Shown in pieces: positions 1 to 1,450 of a stretch of DNA of 1,450 bases. Origin of the DNA: Naegleria gruberi (lineage: Eukaryota); assembly GCA_000004985.1 (NCBI GenBank), contig GG739420.1. The stretch is one strand, 5' to 3'. The position numbers and the translations under genes are program-made. The notes under the pieces are model-generated. The model was not told where the DNA came from. It saw only the letters and a list, made by a program, of their open reading frames with translations, and searched no databases. Within the stretch, counting starts at the first letter, position 1. Each line of letters opens with the position of its first letter.

Positions 1-170
1 TTTTTGCCATTTTTTTTTGATATTTAATAGCCAATCATATTTAGAACTGGATTATAAAAGTCAGTTTGAAAGGTTACACAGTTGACAAAGTGACATTCAT
101 GAGAGATCTACATGAAAACAGAGGAAGATAACAAGGTAAACAACGTGTTAAAAATGTGTGGCTTCTCTGT

Positions 171-178
171 GTTTACTT
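171..178. repeat. Left copy of the 8-bp target-site duplication gtttactt.
   Basis: It is identical to 1009-1016 and lies directly outside the left TIR. Confidence 0.6.
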
Positions 179-210
179 CAGGGGGGCGGAAAGTGAAGAA
201 AAATGTTGAG
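179..210. repeat. Left terminal inverted repeat of the element (16-bp perfect core plus an 11-bp subterminal block).
   Basis: See the mobile_element entry. caggggggcggaaagt (179-194) and aaaatgttgag (200-210) are mirrored at 993-1008 and 966-976. Confidence 0.6.
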
Positions 211-329
211 TAAAGGAAAAAATGAACAATAAACAAATATTTTGTAATCCGTAGTTTATTTTTGAGTTTGACATTTTTTGCAGCAAGAAAAGTAACTCAA
301 TGAATTCATACACTATTAAACTTTGTAAT

Positions 330-421
330 CAGCTACCACGAAATGGTAGAATTATTTAAATTAAATCGTCTTTTTTAACAGTAAACAAGATTTAGAACGA
401 TTTGAGAATAGCTATTTTTTT
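330..421 (+). repeat. Internal direct subrepeat, copy A (~92 bp). It is bounded by cagctaccacgaaa at its 5' end and gatttgagaatagctattttttt at its 3' end.
   Basis: The 14-nt block cagctaccacgaaa (330-343) recurs exactly at 515-528. The 23-nt block gatttgagaatagctattttttt (399-421) recurs at 583-605 with one mismatch. Spacing is conserved at 55 versus 54 nt, but the middle sequence has diverged. Confidence 0.5.
334..350. repeat. Short perfect hairpin: ctacca-cgaaa-tggtag (6-bp stem, 5-nt loop) inside subrepeat copy A.
   Basis: ctacca (334-339) is the exact reverse complement of tggtag (345-350). In copy B the 3' arm has degenerated (cgaaagaaaggtta), so the hairpin is present in only one copy. 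Confidence 0.35.
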
Positions 422-514
422 GTTTTTGCTCATATCTCAAGAACGAATGTTGGTTATCAACCTCAAACTAGTAAAGTAACAACCAAGCGAAAAACACTGA
501 TTTTTAAAATTACG

Positions 515-605
515 CAGCTACCACGAAAGAAAGGTTAAAATGTTTCATATCTTCAAATATTGGAGTAAATGCAATTTAAAATGATTTGAGGATAGCTATT
601 TTTTT
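515..605 (+). repeat. Internal direct subrepeat, copy B (~91 bp), paralogous to 330-421.
   Basis: See copy A. The shared end blocks are cagctaccacgaaa and gatttgagGatagctattttttt. Confidence 0.5.
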
Positions 606-965
606 AATTCACCATATTTATTGTTTTTGAAACTTCCTAATCAGTCAATATTTTTATGGCTCAAAATTTAAATAAGAAATTTACTTGTTCACAACATCTG
701 CTTCATAAAAACAAATTATTCCAGGACAAGTAATCTATTAACATATATAATAATGCAATAAAATCTATACAATATTATTATATATTATGTTCGTCCCAGA
801 ATGGACTAGTTTGGTTTAGTTTCTCTTAAAATAGATTATTTATTTAATATTTAAATCAATAATAGTAAAATTCAAGTAGTTTATGATAAGTTATGAAGCG
901 ATTGTAGTTTAGCATTCTATATTGATTGTAAAAACATATATCAACTTGGAATCACTTTGAAGAAT

Positions 966-1008
966 CTCAACATTTTCGCTGGGCTGATACCAACTTTCCG
1001 CCCCCCTG
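966..1008. repeat. Right terminal inverted repeat of the element.
   Basis: The reverse complement of 966-1008 reads caggggggcggaaagt-tggtatcagcccagcg-aaaatgttgag. This matches the left end except for one indel of 8 versus 16 nt. Confidence 0.6.
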
Positions 1009-1016
1009 GTTTACTT
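1009..1016. repeat. Right copy of the 8-bp target-site duplication gtttactt.
   Basis: It is identical to 171-178 and lies directly outside the right TIR. Confidence 0.6.
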
Positions 1017-1040
1017 TCGCTGGCGTTGTCAAAATTGTTC

Positions 1041-1048
1041 TATAAATA
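1041..1048 (+). promoter_or_regulatory. TATA box (TATAAATA) of the RWP-RK gene core promoter. The predicted TSS is ~1073-1085, followed by a CA-rich ~50-60 nt 5' leader.
   Basis: An exact match to the plant-type TATA consensus ctaTATAAATAc lies 84-91 bp upstream of the first in-frame ATG. The interval between the TATA box and the ATG contains no ATG in the gene frame (the only ATG there, at 1067-1069, is out of frame) and is C/A rich (acaacagcacacaacatctcccacc), as is typical of plant 5'UTRs. Confidence 0.55.
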
Positions 1049-1131
1049 CATCCGTACAAAAAACACATGGTAAAAAAAATGTTCAAAACAACACCGTACC
1101 TATTAACAACAGCACACAACATCTCCCACCA

Positions 1132-1450
1132 ATGTCCTTCATTCACTACAATCCACTGGATGGAACTTCACCAAAGAAGAAGCAATTAACATTGGATGAA
1201 CTGAAGTCCGTTCTTCACTTAAGCCAAGAGCAAGCTGCTAAAGTACTTGGTACATCTTCTTTCAAACTTCGCTCTTTATTCAAGAAGCATAGAGAGGAGC
1301 TTTCTATGGTTAGATGGCCAACACAAAAGGCTAGACAACAAATGCTAACCAATAACAACAACATCATAGTGAAGGAAGAAGAAGAATTTCCTAGAGATGA
1401 AAATGACTTTCCAATCTTTAAAAAATCTCTCATATACAAGCAACAAATCA
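1132..1450 (+). CDS. 5' part of an RWP-RK domain transcription factor gene (3'-truncated by window end). Translation: MSFIHYNPLDGTSPKKKQLTLDELKSVLHLSQEQAAKVLGTSSFKLRSLFKKHREELSMVRWPTQKARQQMLTNNNNIIVKEEEEFPRDENDFPIFKKSLIYKQQI...
   Basis: By hand translation, frame 1 (positions = 1 mod 3) is open from the in-frame TGA at 985-987 to the window end. The first in-frame ATG is at 1132, and no stop follows through 1449. Residues ~18-70 match the RWP-RK domain consensus (L.L.DL.K..HL...EAAK.LG......LK.......RWP..K), including the diagnostic RWP tripeptide at residues 61-63. GC content rises and sequence complexity increases relative to the upstream AT-rich DNA. A TATAAATA box lies 91 bp upstream. The ORF track missed this ORF, presumably because it has no stop inside the window. 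Confidence 0.8.
   Translation, partial: MSFIHYNPLDGTSPKKKQLTLDELKSVLHLSQEQAAKVLGTSSFKLRSLFKKHREELSMVRWPTQKARQQMLTNNNNIIVKEEEEFPRDENDFPIFKKSLIYKQQI

Larger units (their letters stand above)
179..1008. mobile_element. Non-autonomous hAT-like DNA transposon, 830 bp, with terminal inverted repeats and an 8-bp target-site duplication. It is inserted in the proximal promoter of the RWP-RK gene.
   Basis: The left terminus 179-194 caggggggcggaaagt is the exact reverse complement of the right terminus 993-1008 actttccgcccccctg, a 16/16 match. A second conserved block (aaaatgttgag at 200-210, ctcaacatttt at 966-976) sits slightly further inside, offset by an indel. The termini are flanked immediately by a perfect 8-bp direct repeat, gtttactt, at 171-178 and 1009-1016. 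An 8-bp TSD plus TIRs starting CAGGG (the YARNG pattern) is the hallmark of the hAT superfamily. The interior is ~75-80% AT and has no ORF of transposase size. Confidence 0.62.

Noticed and set aside
99-131. Short + strand ATG-initiated frame (MRDLHENRGR*) upstream of the transposon.
   Set aside because: It is only 10 codons with no supporting signals, so it is a chance ORF in AT-rich intergenic DNA.
330-605. Possibility that the repeated blocks represent a CRISPR-like array or a tandem satellite.
   Set aside because: There are only two copies, and they are separated by ~185 bp of unrelated sequence. The repeat bodies themselves have diverged, and there is no regular repeat-spacer periodicity. 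The eukaryotic context makes CRISPR implausible.
750-786. AT-rich inverted repeat tatataataat ... attattatata around a ~13-nt loop.
   Set aside because: It consists almost entirely of A and T in an ~80% AT region. Such palindromes arise by chance in (TA)-rich DNA, and there is no flanking evidence of function.
793-806. Small hairpin gtcc-cagaatg-gac.
   Set aside because: The stem is only 4 bp, which is well within chance expectation.
179-1008. The element could be an autonomous transposon encoding a transposase.
   Set aside because: No ORF of meaningful length exists on either strand within the 830 bp (the six-frame track reports none), and the region is ~78% AT with frequent stops. It is therefore non-autonomous.
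1067-1069. An ATG between the TATA box and the annotated start (acacATGgtaa), as a possible alternative start codon.
   Set aside because: It is out of frame with the RWP-RK ORF and is followed immediately by TAA (atg gta aaa... reads M-V-K in its own frame, but ggTAAaa gives a stop in a neighbouring frame). More importantly, it probably lies upstream of or at the predicted TSS (~30 bp after the TATA box), so it would not be in the mRNA.
1215-1439. The 74-aa minus-strand ORF from the supplied track (MYMRDFLKIGKSFSSLGNSSSSFTMMLLLLVSICCLAFCVGHLTIESSS...).
   Set aside because: It lies entirely antisense to the plus-strand frame that encodes a recognisable RWP-RK domain with an upstream TATA box. 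Its product is low-complexity (S-run, L-run) with no recognisable domain. This is the typical antisense shadow ORF of a moderately GC-enriched coding region.

Overview
This is an AT-rich eukaryotic (most likely plant) genomic window; there is no prokaryotic gene organisation. The supplied ORF track lists only a 74-aa minus-strand ORF, which I judge to be the antisense shadow of a real plus-strand gene. On the + strand an open frame runs from ATG 1132 off the window end (no stop through 1449). It encodes a protein whose residues ~18-70 match the RWP-RK transcription-factor domain (LTLDELKSVLHLSQEQAAKVLG...RWPTQK). A canonical TATAAATA box lies 91 bp upstream of that ATG. Just upstream of the core promoter sits an 830-bp element (179-1008) with perfect 16-bp terminal inverted repeats beginning CAGGG and a perfect 8-bp direct flanking duplication (gtttactt). 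That is the signature of a non-autonomous hAT-superfamily DNA transposon, inserted about 25 bp upstream of the TATA box. The element has no coding capacity. It contains two diverged ~92-bp internal direct subrepeats and a small hairpin. I see no support for CRISPR, RNA genes or a novel multi-gene system in this window. The interesting biology is a transposon-remodelled promoter of a divergent RWP-RK regulator.
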